A stretch of DNA of 58,969 nucleotides, filler included. It is 6 parts of 6 records of this genome, joined end to end, with 100 filler letters (N's around TTAATTAATTAA, not from the genome) between each part and the next. Parts side by side here need not be neighbours in the genome. Positions count along the whole stretch, not along the records: positions 30,370 to 41,781 come from SRR31156797_32480; positions 41,882 to 58,969 come from SRR31156797_32487; 4 more parts are not named here. The stretch is one strand, 5' to 3'. The notes under the pieces were generated by a model. It saw only the letters and a list, made by a program, of their open reading frames with translations, was not told where the DNA came from and did not search any database. Below are positions 40,945 to 50,873 of this stretch, one piece after another. Position 1 is the first letter of the stretch, and each line of letters opens with the position of its first letter. A program made the position numbers and the translations under genes.

Positions 40945-40991
40945 CGATACTCCTTTTATCTTATTGTCATCTCTTAAATGTAATAAAGGGC

Positions 40992-41781
40992 TCAGCCCTG
41001 GTCCACACCTTTCAGGGAGCAGGATATCCTTTTACGCTTCAGATCCACATCGAGGATGCGGACCATCAGTTTCTGAGAAGGCTTGACCACATCCGATGGG
41101 TCGGATACAAAGCGGTCGGCCAGCTGGCTGATATGGATCAATCCGTCCTGATGAACACCCAGATCCACAAATGCTCCGAAGGCCGTCACGTTACTGATCA
41201 CCCCCGGAAGGATCATGCCCTCTCGCAGGTCCTCCATCGTCTTTACCGAATCGTCGAACTCGAAGCTCTTGAACTCCTCTCGGGGATCCCGGCCCGGCTG
41301 GCTGAGCTCGGCTATGATGTCCCGGATGGTCTCGACCCCGTGATTCTCGTCCTGCCAATCCCTTATGGAGAGCTTCCTAAGAACATCGGGGCTCCCTATC
41401 AGCTCGCCGAGACCCAGGTTCAGGCTGCGGCACAGACCGTCCACAAAGCCGTATTGCTCGGGATGGATGCCCGTGTTGTCCAATGGGTTTTCCGCATCCC
41501 TGATCCGCAGAAAGCCTGAGGCCTGCTCGAAGCACTTGGCTCCGATGCCCTTGACCTTCTTCAGCTCTTCCCGGCTCCTGAAGGGGCCGTTCTCGTTCCT
41601 GTGGGCCACAACGGCCGCCGCTGTCCTGGCGTTCATGCCCGACACATAGGAGAGAAGCTGCTCGCTGGCCGTATTCAGCTCGACGCCAACAGAGTTTACG
41701 CAGGAGATCACCACCTCGTCCAGCGCCGCATGGAGGGCCTTCTGGTCCACGTCGTGCTGATACTGCCCCACGCCTATGGAC
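40992..41781 (-). CDS. tex: Tex-family RNA-binding transcriptional accessory protein, 5'-truncated
   Basis: SIGVGQYQHDV, VGVELNTAS, HhH motifs, FEQASGFLRI, GRDPR and a C-terminal S1 domain (FGAFVDLGVHQDGLIHIS). Confidence 0.94.
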
Positions 41782-41881
41782 NNNNNNNNNNNNNNNNNNN
41801 NNNNNNNNNNNNNNNNNNNNNNNNNTTAATTAATTAANNNNNNNNNNNNNNNNNNNNNNNNNNNNNNNNNNNNNNNNNNNN
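41782..41881. other. Artificial contig spacer
   Basis: 44 N + TTAATTAATTAA + 44 N. Confidence 0.99.
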
Positions 41882-43327
41882 GTTCATGGGGGTGCGGATC
41901 TCATGGCTCATGCGGGCCAGGAAATTGCTTTTGGCCTGGTTGGCGGCCCAGGTCGCCTCTTCCACCGCCTTTCGTTCGCGGATGTCGATGATGATGCCCC
42001 GGATTCCGGTCACTTTCCCGTTTTGAATGATGGGGGTGGAATAGCTTATCACCGGTATCTTTCCGCCGTTGGCAGTATAAAAATCGTATTCCCTGGGGGG
42101 ATATTTTTTTCCAGCGATGAGCCGTTCAAAATCTTCACGGGCCCTGGAACGCTCTTCCGGGGAAAGGAAATCCAGGATATTGAGCGCCCCCAGGTCTTTT
42201 TCCGTATGGCCGGCCATTTGATACCCGAATTCATTGGCATAGGTGATGGTCCCCCTGCGGTCGGCCTCATAGATCATCTGGGGCAGGAGATCGGCCAGGT
42301 CCTTGAACCGCTTCTGGCTTTGGCGCAGGGCGGCTTCCACCTGGCGGCGTTCTTTGATTTCACGGCCCAGGTCCCGGTTGATCAGGGTCAGTTTCCGGTT
42401 CCAGAAAAGGATCACCCCGGCGATCAGGATAAAACCGGCCAGGACCTTCCACAGCCATGGGTAGCCGATTCCCTGGTCATAGTGGACGTCCAGCCATTTG
42501 CTGTAGATGGCCCGGTGCTCCTGCTCGTCCATGGAGGCCAGCACCTTGTTGATGATGGAGAGGGCGAAGGGATATTGGGGATCGATGCCGATCCGGTGGG
42601 CAAACTGGAATTCGGTGGCGCCGGCGATTTTCAGGTTGGTCATGCCCAGTTTCTGGAGATTTTCAATGGCCACGGCCATGTGACCCACAAACGCGAACAC
42701 TTCCCCGTTGGATACCTTGATCAGTGCCGTTGGCACATCGTCGGTCTGTACGGTGGTGATTTCCGGATAATTGTTGTTGAGGAAATGGTAGCTGGTATAC
42801 CCTTTGCCCACGGCCACCTTTTTCCCGTTCAATCGGGAGGTGTCCTGGATGAAGGGGATATCCAGCCGGGTGACGATCACCAGTGGAAAGGTGATAAACG
42901 GTTCCGACAGGAGGATATCCCGGCCTACGATATCCTCCAGTCCCAGGGCCGGGACCACATGGATCTCTTCATTTGCATACTTCTTGAGAACGTGGGCCCA
43001 GGTGGCGCTGGGTTGAAATGAAAATTTCAGCCCGCTGCGATGGGTGATGATATTCAAATAATCGGCGATGATGCCGTCAAAGCCTTTGGGGGTATCCACA
43101 ATGGAGAGGGGCTTCCAGTTGACTTCGCTGAAGACCAGGGGCTCATGAAGGGCGATGAACTCCTTTTCCCCGGGGGACAGGGAGAGCCTTTTTTCGGTGT
43201 TATTTGCCTGGTTTGTCTTTTCCGGCGGATCAGCCCATGCGCCCTGGAGGAACAGGCTGAAGATGCCGAGGAGGACACAGCCGATCAGTGATCCCAGGCG
43301 CTTTTGGGGGAGGGCTTTGCATCTCAT
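41882..43327 (-). CDS. Sensor histidine kinase (periplasmic SBP + TM + PAS + HisKA; BvgS/EvgS-like), 3'-truncated
   Basis: Signal peptide, SBP_bac_3-like domain, TM, PAS ending DIRERK, H-box AKSNFLARMSHEIRTPMN. Confidence 0.9.
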
Positions 43328-43425
43328 GGGGGGCCGTTCTTTTCTCCGCTTGCTGATTTTCGAAGCGATGACTCCTGGGAAAAAGGGGTTTACTTGTCAT
43401 AACACGCGATCCATCACCTCCTGAA

Positions 43426-43454
43426 TGTATAGCAAGCGCCCTGCCGGGTGTCAA
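43426..43454 (-). promoter_or_regulatory. Sigma70-type promoter
   Basis: Minus strand TTGACA-17 nt-TATACA, about 100 nt upstream of ATG 43327. Confidence 0.6.
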
Positions 43455-43553
43455 TCGCAAACAGGCCCGGGTTAACGACGGTGCCCCTTTCCCGGTTTTT
43501 GAATTTTAATGGTTTGATGCGGGCGGCGGATACTGATAAAGTCTTTTCCCATA

Positions 43554-45044
43554 ATGGAAACGCAAAAGGACAAACAACATGAACGGTGGGCCCTGAAATT
43601 GGGGTTTACCGGCAAGCTATCCATCATATTCCTGTTTTTCATCCTGATCTTTTACGGTACCCTGGTGGTTCTGTTTTTGAATGTTCAGCAGATGATGAAG
43701 ACGTCTGAACAGATTGTGGGGATCAACAACCGGATTTCGGAATTGTCGAAAACCATGCAGGAGAGCCTCCTTGGCATGGATGTGAATGATAAGAAGTACC
43801 GCCTTCTGGGAAAGGAGATGTACCGGGACTATTTTGAATCGGCCAGGGCGGATTTTGAAGCCGCCCTCAACGGGATTCTCGGGCTTGAATCTTCCGGTTA
43901 CAGGCTCTCAGGCAGGTGGAAGGAGATCCAGCGGGCGTATCTGGCCCACCCCAAGGGGGCCGGGCCGGCACTGAAAGGGGACGCCTGGGCTGGGGAAGAT
44001 ATCCTGAACGGTTGGATGCGGGAGGTGTCGGAGGCCAGGCGTGAAAATGAAATAGCGATAGAACATGCCCTCATTTCCATCAACGCCCGGAGCAAGGAGA
44101 GTCTGAAGAAAGGGCTTCTGGGCCTTGGCCTCTCGGTTTTGATGGCCGTTCTGGGCGTGGTGGTGGTTTCCAGGTCCATGCTGACACCGTTAAAGGCATT
44201 GATCCGGGGAGTGAAGCTCCTGCCTGGCAATAAAACCGCTGCCATGGTAGAAACAAACGCCCGGGATGAATTGGGCGAACTTGCGGCGGCCTTCAATGAA
44301 ATGAGCCGGCAGTTGAAGGAGGAGGAGGATATCAGGTCGGATTTTATTGCCAGCTTGAGCCATGAAATCAGAACCCCCCTTTCCTCCATCCGGGAATCGG
44401 TCAACATGATCATGGAGGAGGTGCTGGGACCGGTGAACCGGAAACAGCGGAAATTCCTCCATATTGCCGATGCTGAGATCGCCAGGATCAGCGGTCTGTT
44501 TGATCATCTTCTCCACCTGTCCCGGCTGGAATCCCGGGTGGAGCAGGTCAGGTTCCTGCCCCTGGATCCCAACCGGCTGATCCGGGATGCCTCGGATACC
44601 TTGATCCCAAAGGCGGAGAAAAAGCAGATCCGCCTCATGCTCCATCCCATGGCTGAACCGCCCATGGTGATGGGAGGGGAAAAGGAGATTCTCCAGGTGC
44701 TTCTCAATATTATTGGCAACGCCATCAAATTTTCGTATAAGGGCGGCACCATTGATATTCACACCATGGCAGACCATGGGGCGGTCCTGTTCAGAATCGC
44801 CGATGACGGCCCCGGCATTCCGGAAGGGGAGGAGGGGTTGATCTTCAATAAATACTACCGGTCCCGGGAGATCCGGAATCACATGGACGGCGTGGGGCTT
44901 GGGTTGAACATCTCCCGGAAAATCGTGGCGTTCCACCATGGGAAAATCTGGATGGAAAACCATTCCGACAGGGGATGCTCCTTTTACTTTACCCTGCCCG
45001 CCGGGGGACAAAAAAGAGGTATGGATGAGAATGTCCGGATATAG
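43554..45044 (+). CDS. HAMP-domain sensor histidine kinase (GlrK/QseE-like)
   Basis: Two TM segments flanking a helical periplasmic domain, HAMP (DELGELAAAFNEM), SHEIRTPL, NIIGNAIKF, DDGPGI, GVGLGL. Confidence 0.92.
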   Translation: METQKDKQHERWALKLGFTGKLSIIFLFFILIFYGTLVVLFLNVQQMMKTSEQIVGINNRISELSKTMQESLLGMDVNDKKYRLLGKEMYRDYFESARADFEAALNGILGLESSGYRLSGRWKEIQRAYLAHPKGAGPALKGDAWAGEDILNGWMREVSEARRENEIAIEHALISINARSKESLKKGLLGLGLSVLMAVLGVVVVSRSMLTPLKALIRGVKLLPGNKTAAMVETNARDELGELAAAFNEMSRQLKEEEDIRSDFIASLSHEIRTPLSSIRESVNMIMEEVLGPVNRKQRKFLHIADAEIARISGLFDHLLHLSRLESRVEQVRFLPLDPNRLIRDASDTLIPKAEKKQIRLMLHPMAEPPMVMGGEKEILQVLLNIIGNAIKFSYKGGTIDIHTMADHGAVLFRIADDGPGIPEGEEGLIFNKYYRSREIRNHMDGVGLGLNISRKIVAFHHGKIWMENHSDRGCSFYFTLPAGGQKRGMDENVRI

Positions 45045-45633
45045 CATACGACTGGCTGTCTGGGGGAAATTGCTTTGGGTGATTCCCGGGTGCTGGCTCC
45101 TTATGGGGTGTCACTTCACGGTGATCCCCGGTGGCGCCGGAATGGAAAGAGATCGCCTGAAAGCGGCGGAAACCGCTTTTTTTCAAAAACAATACAACCG
45201 GGCAGACCGGGAATTTCAAGGACTATACGACCGGAGCCGGGAGCCGGGACTCAAAAACGCGGCCCTTCTCGGTCTCATCTGCACGGAATTCATGACCGCT
45301 GAAAACCGGACGGCGTTTCAGGGGGCCCAGGTCTTGCTGGAAAAATGGGAAGCCCTGGACCGGCAAGCGCGTCATGTTGGAAACCCGGCCCTCATGGTGC
45401 CGGTCCTTGAAACGCTGATACGGGAGACCGGAACCGAGTCCGATCGTAAGGCCCGGGAAATGAAGCAGATGGCCCGCACCCACCGGGAAGAGATGGAAAA
45501 GATGAAATCGGTCCGGAAAAAACTTGAGGCCAGAATTAAGCGGCTTAACGCCACCATGGAAACCCTTTGTCACCAGATTTCCGAGCTTGAGGCAATTGAC
45601 CAGGAGTTCCAGAAAAAAAGGAAACCCTTATGA
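45025..45633 (+). CDS. Helical lipoprotein with coiled-coil tail (QseG/YfhG-like position)
   Basis: Lipobox LMG-C, TPR-like helix pair and a C-terminal coiled coil ending QISELEAIDQEFQKKRK. Overlaps both the kinase and the regulator genes. Confidence 0.78.
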   Translation: MRMSGYSIRLAVWGKLLWVIPGCWLLMGCHFTVIPGGAGMERDRLKAAETAFFQKQYNRADREFQGLYDRSREPGLKNAALLGLICTEFMTAENRTAFQGAQVLLEKWEALDRQARHVGNPALMVPVLETLIRETGTESDRKAREMKQMARTHREEMEKMKSVRKKLEARIKRLNATMETLCHQISELEAIDQEFQKKRKPL

Positions 45634-46952
45634 ACCCAAGGATTCTGATCGTAGACGACGACCCCAATATCCTCGAGGTCCTGGATGCCAGGCTTACGGC
45701 CTCGGGCTTCCATGTCCTGAAAACCTATGACGCGCCTTCGGCCCTTGAGTTGCTAAAAAAACACAAGGTGGATCTCATGATTTCCGACATGAAGATGCCG
45801 GACATGGGGGGCATGGATCTTTTCAGCCGGGTCCGCGGGTTTCTGCCGGAGCTGCCGGTGATCTTCCTCACCGCCTACGGTACCATCCCCGACGCGGTGG
45901 ACGCGGTGAAAGCCGGGGCCGTGGATTATATCACCAAGCCCTTTGACGGAAAGGATCTCATCAAAAAGATCCACGGGATCATCGGGCGGGACACGGGTGC
46001 GGCCATGGGGGAAGGGGAGACGGATTTCTACTGGGGAAACAGCCCGGCCATGAAAGCCCTCTATGAGAAGATCCAAAAGGTGGCCCCCACCCCGGCCAAT
46101 GTGCTCATCCTGGGGGAAAGCGGCGTGGGAAAGGAGCGTATTGCCCGGTTTGTCCATGAGTGCAGCCCCAGGCGGGAGCAGCCCTATGTGGTGGTGGACT
46201 GCGGTTCCACCCCGGTGGGCATCCTGGAAAGCGAACTCTTCGGCCATCTGAAGGGCGCCTTTACCCATGCGGTCCAGGACAAGACCGGCCTGATCGAGGC
46301 CGCTGATAAAGGCACCCTGTTCCTGGACGAAATCGGGAATATCTCCCCGGAGATGCAGAGCCGGCTGTTGAGGTTCCTGGAGGACAAAAAAATAAGGCGG
46401 GTCGGTGCCATCAAGGAGAAAAACGTGGACTGCCGGGTCATCTCCGCGACCAATGCCGATCTTGCCGCCGATATCGACGCCGGCACTTTTCGTCAGGATC
46501 TCTACTACCGCCTGCGGGTGGTCCCGTTGAACGTGCCGTGCTTAAGGGAACGCAAAGAAGACATTCCGGGACTGGCCAGGTTCTTTACGGACCGATACAC
46601 CCGGGAAAATCATCTATCCCCCATTGAACTTGCCGGGGAGACCCTGGACCGGCTTGAAAATTATCCCTGGCCCGGCAATGTCAGGGAGCTGAAGAACGTC
46701 CTTGAAGCCGGGATCATCCTTTGCGGAAACAACCGGCTGACCCCCGGGGATCTTCAATTGGAACCCTGTTCGGGCCCCCTGGACACGGGGACGCCTCTTT
46801 CCATCAGGGACAGTGAAAAAGAGACCATTATCCGGGCCCTGAAAAGGAGCCGGGGAGTCCAGACCCGGGCCGCTGAACTCCTGGAGATCAGCAGGCGGGC
46901 CATCCATTATAAGATCAAGAAATACGGGATTGACGCCTCTGCCTATAAGTAG
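45630..46952 (+). CDS. Sigma54-dependent response regulator (NtrC/GlrR family)
   Basis: Receiver (IVDDD, DMKMP, TAYG, KPF), AAA+ (GESGVGKE, ESELFGH, GAFTHA, LFLDEI, FRQDLYYRL, WPGNVREL) and a Fis HTH. Confidence 0.95.
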   Translation: MNPRILIVDDDPNILEVLDARLTASGFHVLKTYDAPSALELLKKHKVDLMISDMKMPDMGGMDLFSRVRGFLPELPVIFLTAYGTIPDAVDAVKAGAVDYITKPFDGKDLIKKIHGIIGRDTGAAMGEGETDFYWGNSPAMKALYEKIQKVAPTPANVLILGESGVGKERIARFVHECSPRREQPYVVVDCGSTPVGILESELFGHLKGAFTHAVQDKTGLIEAADKGTLFLDEIGNISPEMQSRLLRFLEDKKIRRVGAIKEKNVDCRVISATNADLAADIDAGTFRQDLYYRLRVVPLNVPCLRERKEDIPGLARFFTDRYTRENHLSPIELAGETLDRLENYPWPGNVRELKNVLEAGIILCGNNRLTPGDLQLEPCSGPLDTGTPLSIRDSEKETIIRALKRSRGVQTRAAELLEISRRAIHYKIKKYGIDASAYK

Positions 46953-46962
46953 GGCAAGGGAT

Positions 46963-47003
46963 AAAAAAAGGGCGGAGCGCCCGATGAAAGTGCTGCTCCG
47001 CCC
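46963..47003 (-). terminator. Rho-independent terminator between convergent genes
   Basis: A7-GGGCGGAGC...GCTCCGCCC, giving a U7 tail on the minus strand. Confidence 0.82.
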
Positions 47004-47027
47004 CCGTGCCGAATTGTTTCCGGGCCG

Positions 47028-47363
47028 TTAGCCCATGAGGTCGGCCTTTTCAACGACAATGGTGTCAATGGTGTCGCCCTTGACGAGCTTGCCTGTGATA
47101 TTCACCTTTTTTCCGATAATCTTATCAAGACTCGATTCAAGACCCGACCCGCCCAGAAGGTAGGTCTTATCGTCGGTGCTCAGGATGATCTGCTTTCCGG
47201 CCTTATTGATAAAACCGGTGAAGGTCTGATGGGTGGCTGCTTCAATGGTTTTCTCCGCCACCGCCGGGGCCGCATCCTTGGCTGGTTTAATTTCACCTGC
47301 TGTGGCAATCGTTCCCATTCCAATCATTCCGGCAACCATCATTACGGCAAATGTCTTCTTCAT
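47028..47363 (-). CDS. Small secreted OB-fold-like protein (111 aa)
   Basis: Start at MKKTFAV (AAGGAGA RBS), signal peptide ending ATA, and a beta-rich domain TFTGFI...YLL...IIGKKVNITGKL...TIVV. Confidence 0.8.
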   Translation of the reverse strand: MKKTFAVMMVAGMIGMGTIATAGEIKPAKDAAPAVAEKTIEAATHQTFTGFINKAGKQIILSTDDKTYLLGGSGLESSLDKIIGKKVNITGKLVKGDTIDTIVVEKADLMG

Positions 47364-47467
47364 GCGATGTTCTCCTTTTTTATCTTTGGTTATTGTCCCC
47401 ATATTCTGCGGCAGGGCTTCAAGGCCCCGCAGCCGGGCTGTTCTCACGTTCAATACGACCTATGAAA

Positions 47468-47483
47468 AGCAAAGCCCGTGCCA
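47468..47483 (-). promoter_or_regulatory. Sigma54 (-24/-12) promoter
   Basis: Minus strand TGGCACG-GGCT-TTGCT matches the consensus TGGCACG-N4-TTGCW exactly. Confidence 0.88.
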
Positions 47484-47490
47484 ATATGGA

Positions 47491-47503
47491 TAAGCGATTG
47501 AAT
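47491..47503 (-). promoter_or_regulatory. Candidate IHF site
   Basis: Minus strand ATTCAATCGCTTA has one mismatch to WATCAAN4TTR and lies next to the -24 box with an AT-rich flank. Confidence 0.5.
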
Positions 47504-47549
47504 TCCAAGGGAAATATGAATTTACTGAAAGGAACCGGAGGCACCGGCC

Positions 47550-47588
47550 GTTACGAAATTTGCGCACCCGGTTACGGAAAGGGGGCAC
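47550..47588. promoter_or_regulatory. Candidate tandem upstream activator sequences
   Basis: GTTACG-aaatttgc-GCAC (47550-47567) and GTTACG-gaaagggg-GCAC (47571-47588), with starts 21 bp apart. Confidence 0.6.
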
Positions 47589-47709
47589 GGTTTCCCATGG
47601 AAAAGAGGGCGTACCTGTTTTTTCCCCCTGGCCCGGGTTGGATTCCAGGGGCCCGATGTGTTAAAGGAGGACAGGTGCAACCAGGGCTGTGAACAGGGAA
47701 GAAGGGGTT

Positions 47710-48681
47710 ATGATACAAAAAATTAAAAATCAGTGGTTTTTGATCGGGCTGGTGCTTGTTTCCCTTGGGGTGATCTTTGATCGGTCAAACATCCTGGCAA
47801 CGATGGGGATTTTTCTGAAGGATCACCACGGGCCTGAAGTGATGATCTTTATTATCTTTATTTTTTCGGGCCTGCTCATTGAGGGGGATCAGATAAAAGC
47901 GGGAATCAGGGATGTGAAATCAACGGTATTATCCCTGGCCGTCATCCTTGTCTTTGCCCCCGTTGCCGGTTTGCTGCTCTCTTTCTTGCCCCTGGACACC
48001 GGCGTGGCCATCGGTGTTTTCATCGTGGCGGCCATGCCCACCACCCTGTCTTCCGGGGTTGTGATGACCGGAATTGCGGGCGGCAACATGGCCCACGCCC
48101 TTTTTGTGACGATCCTGTCCAATTCCATCGCCATCTTTTCCATCCCTGCGATCCTGTCCCTGCTTCTGTCTTTCCTGGACCATGAAACCGAATTGGTCAT
48201 TGATCCGGGTGCGATCATCATCAAGCTGATCCTGCTCGTTCTTTTCCCCCTGATGATTGGGATGATGGTAAAGGCAAAGGTGATCAATGCACATCAACTG
48301 GGCCGATTCAAGGTGCCGATCATCAATCAGTTCATGGTTCTCGGTGTTGTATTTATTTCTCTTTCAGGGGCCAAGCAGGCGCTTGTGGGAAAAGGGATCG
48401 CCTTTCCATACATCCTGGTGCTTGTGATCGTTTTTCATCTGATGCTGCTGGGGGGCGCGTTTCTGCTTGTCGGGGGTTTCAGGGTGGAAAAAGGCCGGTA
48501 TGAGAGCATTGTGTTCATGGGCTCCCAAAAGACCCTGCCCCTGTCGGTGATGATCCAGGTCACCTATTTCAATGAATTTGGCACGGCCCTGCTGGTCTGT
48601 GTGGTCCATCACATCGTTCACTTGATGATGGACGGGTATCTGAGCGCAAAAATGGGCAGGAGGGCGATAGCCCCTGCCTGA
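47710..48681 (+). CDS. Bile acid:sodium symporter family transporter
   Basis: About ten TM segments, MPTTLSSGVVMT..AGGN, and GSQKTL. Confidence 0.9.
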   Translation: MIQKIKNQWFLIGLVLVSLGVIFDRSNILATMGIFLKDHHGPEVMIFIIFIFSGLLIEGDQIKAGIRDVKSTVLSLAVILVFAPVAGLLLSFLPLDTGVAIGVFIVAAMPTTLSSGVVMTGIAGGNMAHALFVTILSNSIAIFSIPAILSLLLSFLDHETELVIDPGAIIIKLILLVLFPLMIGMMVKAKVINAHQLGRFKVPIINQFMVLGVVFISLSGAKQALVGKGIAFPYILVLVIVFHLMLLGGAFLLVGGFRVEKGRYESIVFMGSQKTLPLSVMIQVTYFNEFGTALLVCVVHHIVHLMMDGYLSAKMGRRAIAPA

Positions 48682-48690
48682 TCCGCAATG

Positions 48691-50814
48691 TCAGGGTTTG
48701 GGGGTGTATACCACCAGCATGGACTTATTGCAGTTCCGGGCAACATCCTCGCTCAGGGAACCAAAAAAGAGCCGGGGCAGGCCCCGGGATTCTTCCGCGG
48801 CCATGACCAGCAGGTCGTGGTTGTCGGACGCCTTGATGATGGATTCGAGCAGGGCCTCGGATGGCTTGACCTTGAAACTGATCCCGCATGCCAGATCCGC
48901 TTGTTTCGTCCATCTTTCGAGTTCTTTTTTTTCAGCGGTACGGGTTTCTCTCGAGGAACCCGACGGTAGCAGCCGGAGGAGGAGGATATTGTGCTGGCCG
49001 ATGGCGGCCAGTGCGCACAGAACACTTTCAATGGCGGCAAGGTCTTCATGGTCGATGATGGGAACAAGGATTCGCTCCGTGTGCAGCTCGCCCACGAACC
49101 GTGCCACAATGACAGGGCATCCGGCCCGGTCGGCGACGTTTTCGACCAGGCGGTGGTATTCATTGACCTTGCGTTGGGGGTGTCCCACAACGATCCCAAA
49201 GGCGTGGTTCTTGCGCGCACTCTCCACGATGCCGTCGGGGACGGTTTTTGCCCGGATCACTTCAACGGCGAGCCGGGTCCCCAGTTCCCGGATCTCTCTT
49301 TGGGCAGTATTGAACAGGGCTTCCTGTATCTGCCGCTGTTCCTCCGCCGTTCTTTTGGATTGTTCCGATACCACTCGTACGGCCAGGGGGTGTGCCTGAT
49401 GGTAATTGGCGACCAGGGCCGCTATCCGTGACAATGCCGCAACGGTTTTTATATGGGAGCCGGCAATGACCACGGTTCCGTTGGCGTTCATGGGAACGGC
49501 CAGCCGCTCCCATGCCCAGGGAACCAGGGTCACGATGTCCGGCTTGTCGATACGCACGTCAAACCGGTGATTGGGGGGGATCTCCGGGTATTTTCTGCCG
49601 CCCACGGTCACCTCCCCGGCCCGTTCCACCGCAAATTTGGCACACAGGGGGCCGACCAGTTCCGAGAGCACCACCCCTGCCAGAACAACCGGGGTGATCA
49701 CATCTGAAAAAAGGGCGAGCCGGGGATCGCTCTGGATGAGAAAGATCAGGCCGATGGCCACGCCTGCCTGTGGAATCAGGGCCATGCCCAGGAATCTGCG
49801 TACCGTGACCGGGGTTGCGGCAATGCGGGAACCTGTATTGGCTCCCGCGATTTTTCCAAGGCCCCTGAGCAGGAAATAGGTGATCCCGATCCATCCGGCC
49901 ACCGCCAGTGAAGGAAAGTGGAGATGGGCCCCTGCCAGGGTAAAGAAAAGAACCAGGATCGGCGGTTCAAACGCATGGAGAACATTGAAAACCCGTACAT
50001 CCCGGCGGCCGCGGTTGACGATGACAACCCCTGCGGCCATGCCCGCAAGCAGGGGGGAAAAATGGAACAGCCGGGCCGTCTCCCCGCAGACCATCAGCAT
50101 GGCAAGGCCTAACGTAAGCATTTCTCCCCGGTGTCTCAGGCTTTTTACCGTCAAATCAAGGATAAAACCCGTGATTACCCCTGCGGACAGGGACAGGAAA
50201 ATTTCGCCAAGGCTTTTACTCACCGCCAGGATAAGAGACCCGCTCTCCCCCAGGACATGATGGGCAAAACTGATGGCGATCCCGAAAAACATTATAGCCA
50301 GGGCGTTGTCCACCGCCACCACCGCCATGAGGGTGGAGGTGAGGGGCCCCCTGGCTTTTAGCTCCTGCATCACATGGAGGGTGGTGGCCGGGGCGGTGGC
50401 GACGGATACCGCCCCCAGGAGCAGGGCCAGGACAAAGAGATTGCCGAGGGTCCATACCGGGTCGCCATGGTAGGTGGCCCGGGAGACGAAAAAGGTCCCG
50501 GTAAACACCAGCAGGAAAGCACCCGAGGTCTCGCAGAGACCGATCAGTCCGATACTCTTGATCATGTATTTCAGGCGCCTCAATTCCAGGTGTTCGCCAA
50601 TGCCGAATGCGATCAGCATCAGGGCGATCTGGGTGAAATGCTCCAGTTGGCTCCCCATCACATCCCTGGTGATCAAACCGACGCCGGAGGGACCCAGTAT
50701 CAGCCCGGCCAGGATATATCCGGTCACCGAAGGCAGTCGGAAAAACTGCCCCAGCTTTGCGGTCAGGAAACCCGCCACCAGCAAAACGGCAAGGGCAAAG
50801 GTCACATCATGCAT
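48691..50814 (-). CDS. Cation:proton antiporter with C-terminal USP-like domains
   Basis: LPSVTGYILAGLILGP, ATAPA, VAVDN, FFTLAG, R.LGK, PQAGVAIG. USP-like C-terminus ILVPI...DLLVMA...LFFGSLSEDVAR. Confidence 0.9.
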   Translation of the reverse strand: MHDVTFALAVLLVAGFLTAKLGQFFRLPSVTGYILAGLILGPSGVGLITRDVMGSQLEHFTQIALMLIAFGIGEHLELRRLKYMIKSIGLIGLCETSGAFLLVFTGTFFVSRATYHGDPVWTLGNLFVLALLLGAVSVATAPATTLHVMQELKARGPLTSTLMAVVAVDNALAIMFFGIAISFAHHVLGESGSLILAVSKSLGEIFLSLSAGVITGFILDLTVKSLRHRGEMLTLGLAMLMVCGETARLFHFSPLLAGMAAGVVIVNRGRRDVRVFNVLHAFEPPILVLFFTLAGAHLHFPSLAVAGWIGITYFLLRGLGKIAGANTGSRIAATPVTVRRFLGMALIPQAGVAIGLIFLIQSDPRLALFSDVITPVVLAGVVLSELVGPLCAKFAVERAGEVTVGGRKYPEIPPNHRFDVRIDKPDIVTLVPWAWERLAVPMNANGTVVIAGSHIKTVAALSRIAALVANYHQAHPLAVRVVSEQSKRTAEEQRQIQEALFNTAQREIRELGTRLAVEVIRAKTVPDGIVESARKNHAFGIVVGHPQRKVNEYHRLVENVADRAGCPVIVARFVGELHTERILVPIIDHEDLAAIESVLCALAAIGQHNILLLRLLPSGSSRETRTAEKKELERWTKQADLACGISFKVKPSEALLESIIKASDNHDLLVMAAEESRGLPRLFFGSLSEDVARNCNKSMLVVYTPKP

Positions 50815-50873
50815 TTTCAATTCCTCCTCTTTTCAGGATGGAATCATACAGGGGGCCCGGGGGACGGAAACGG

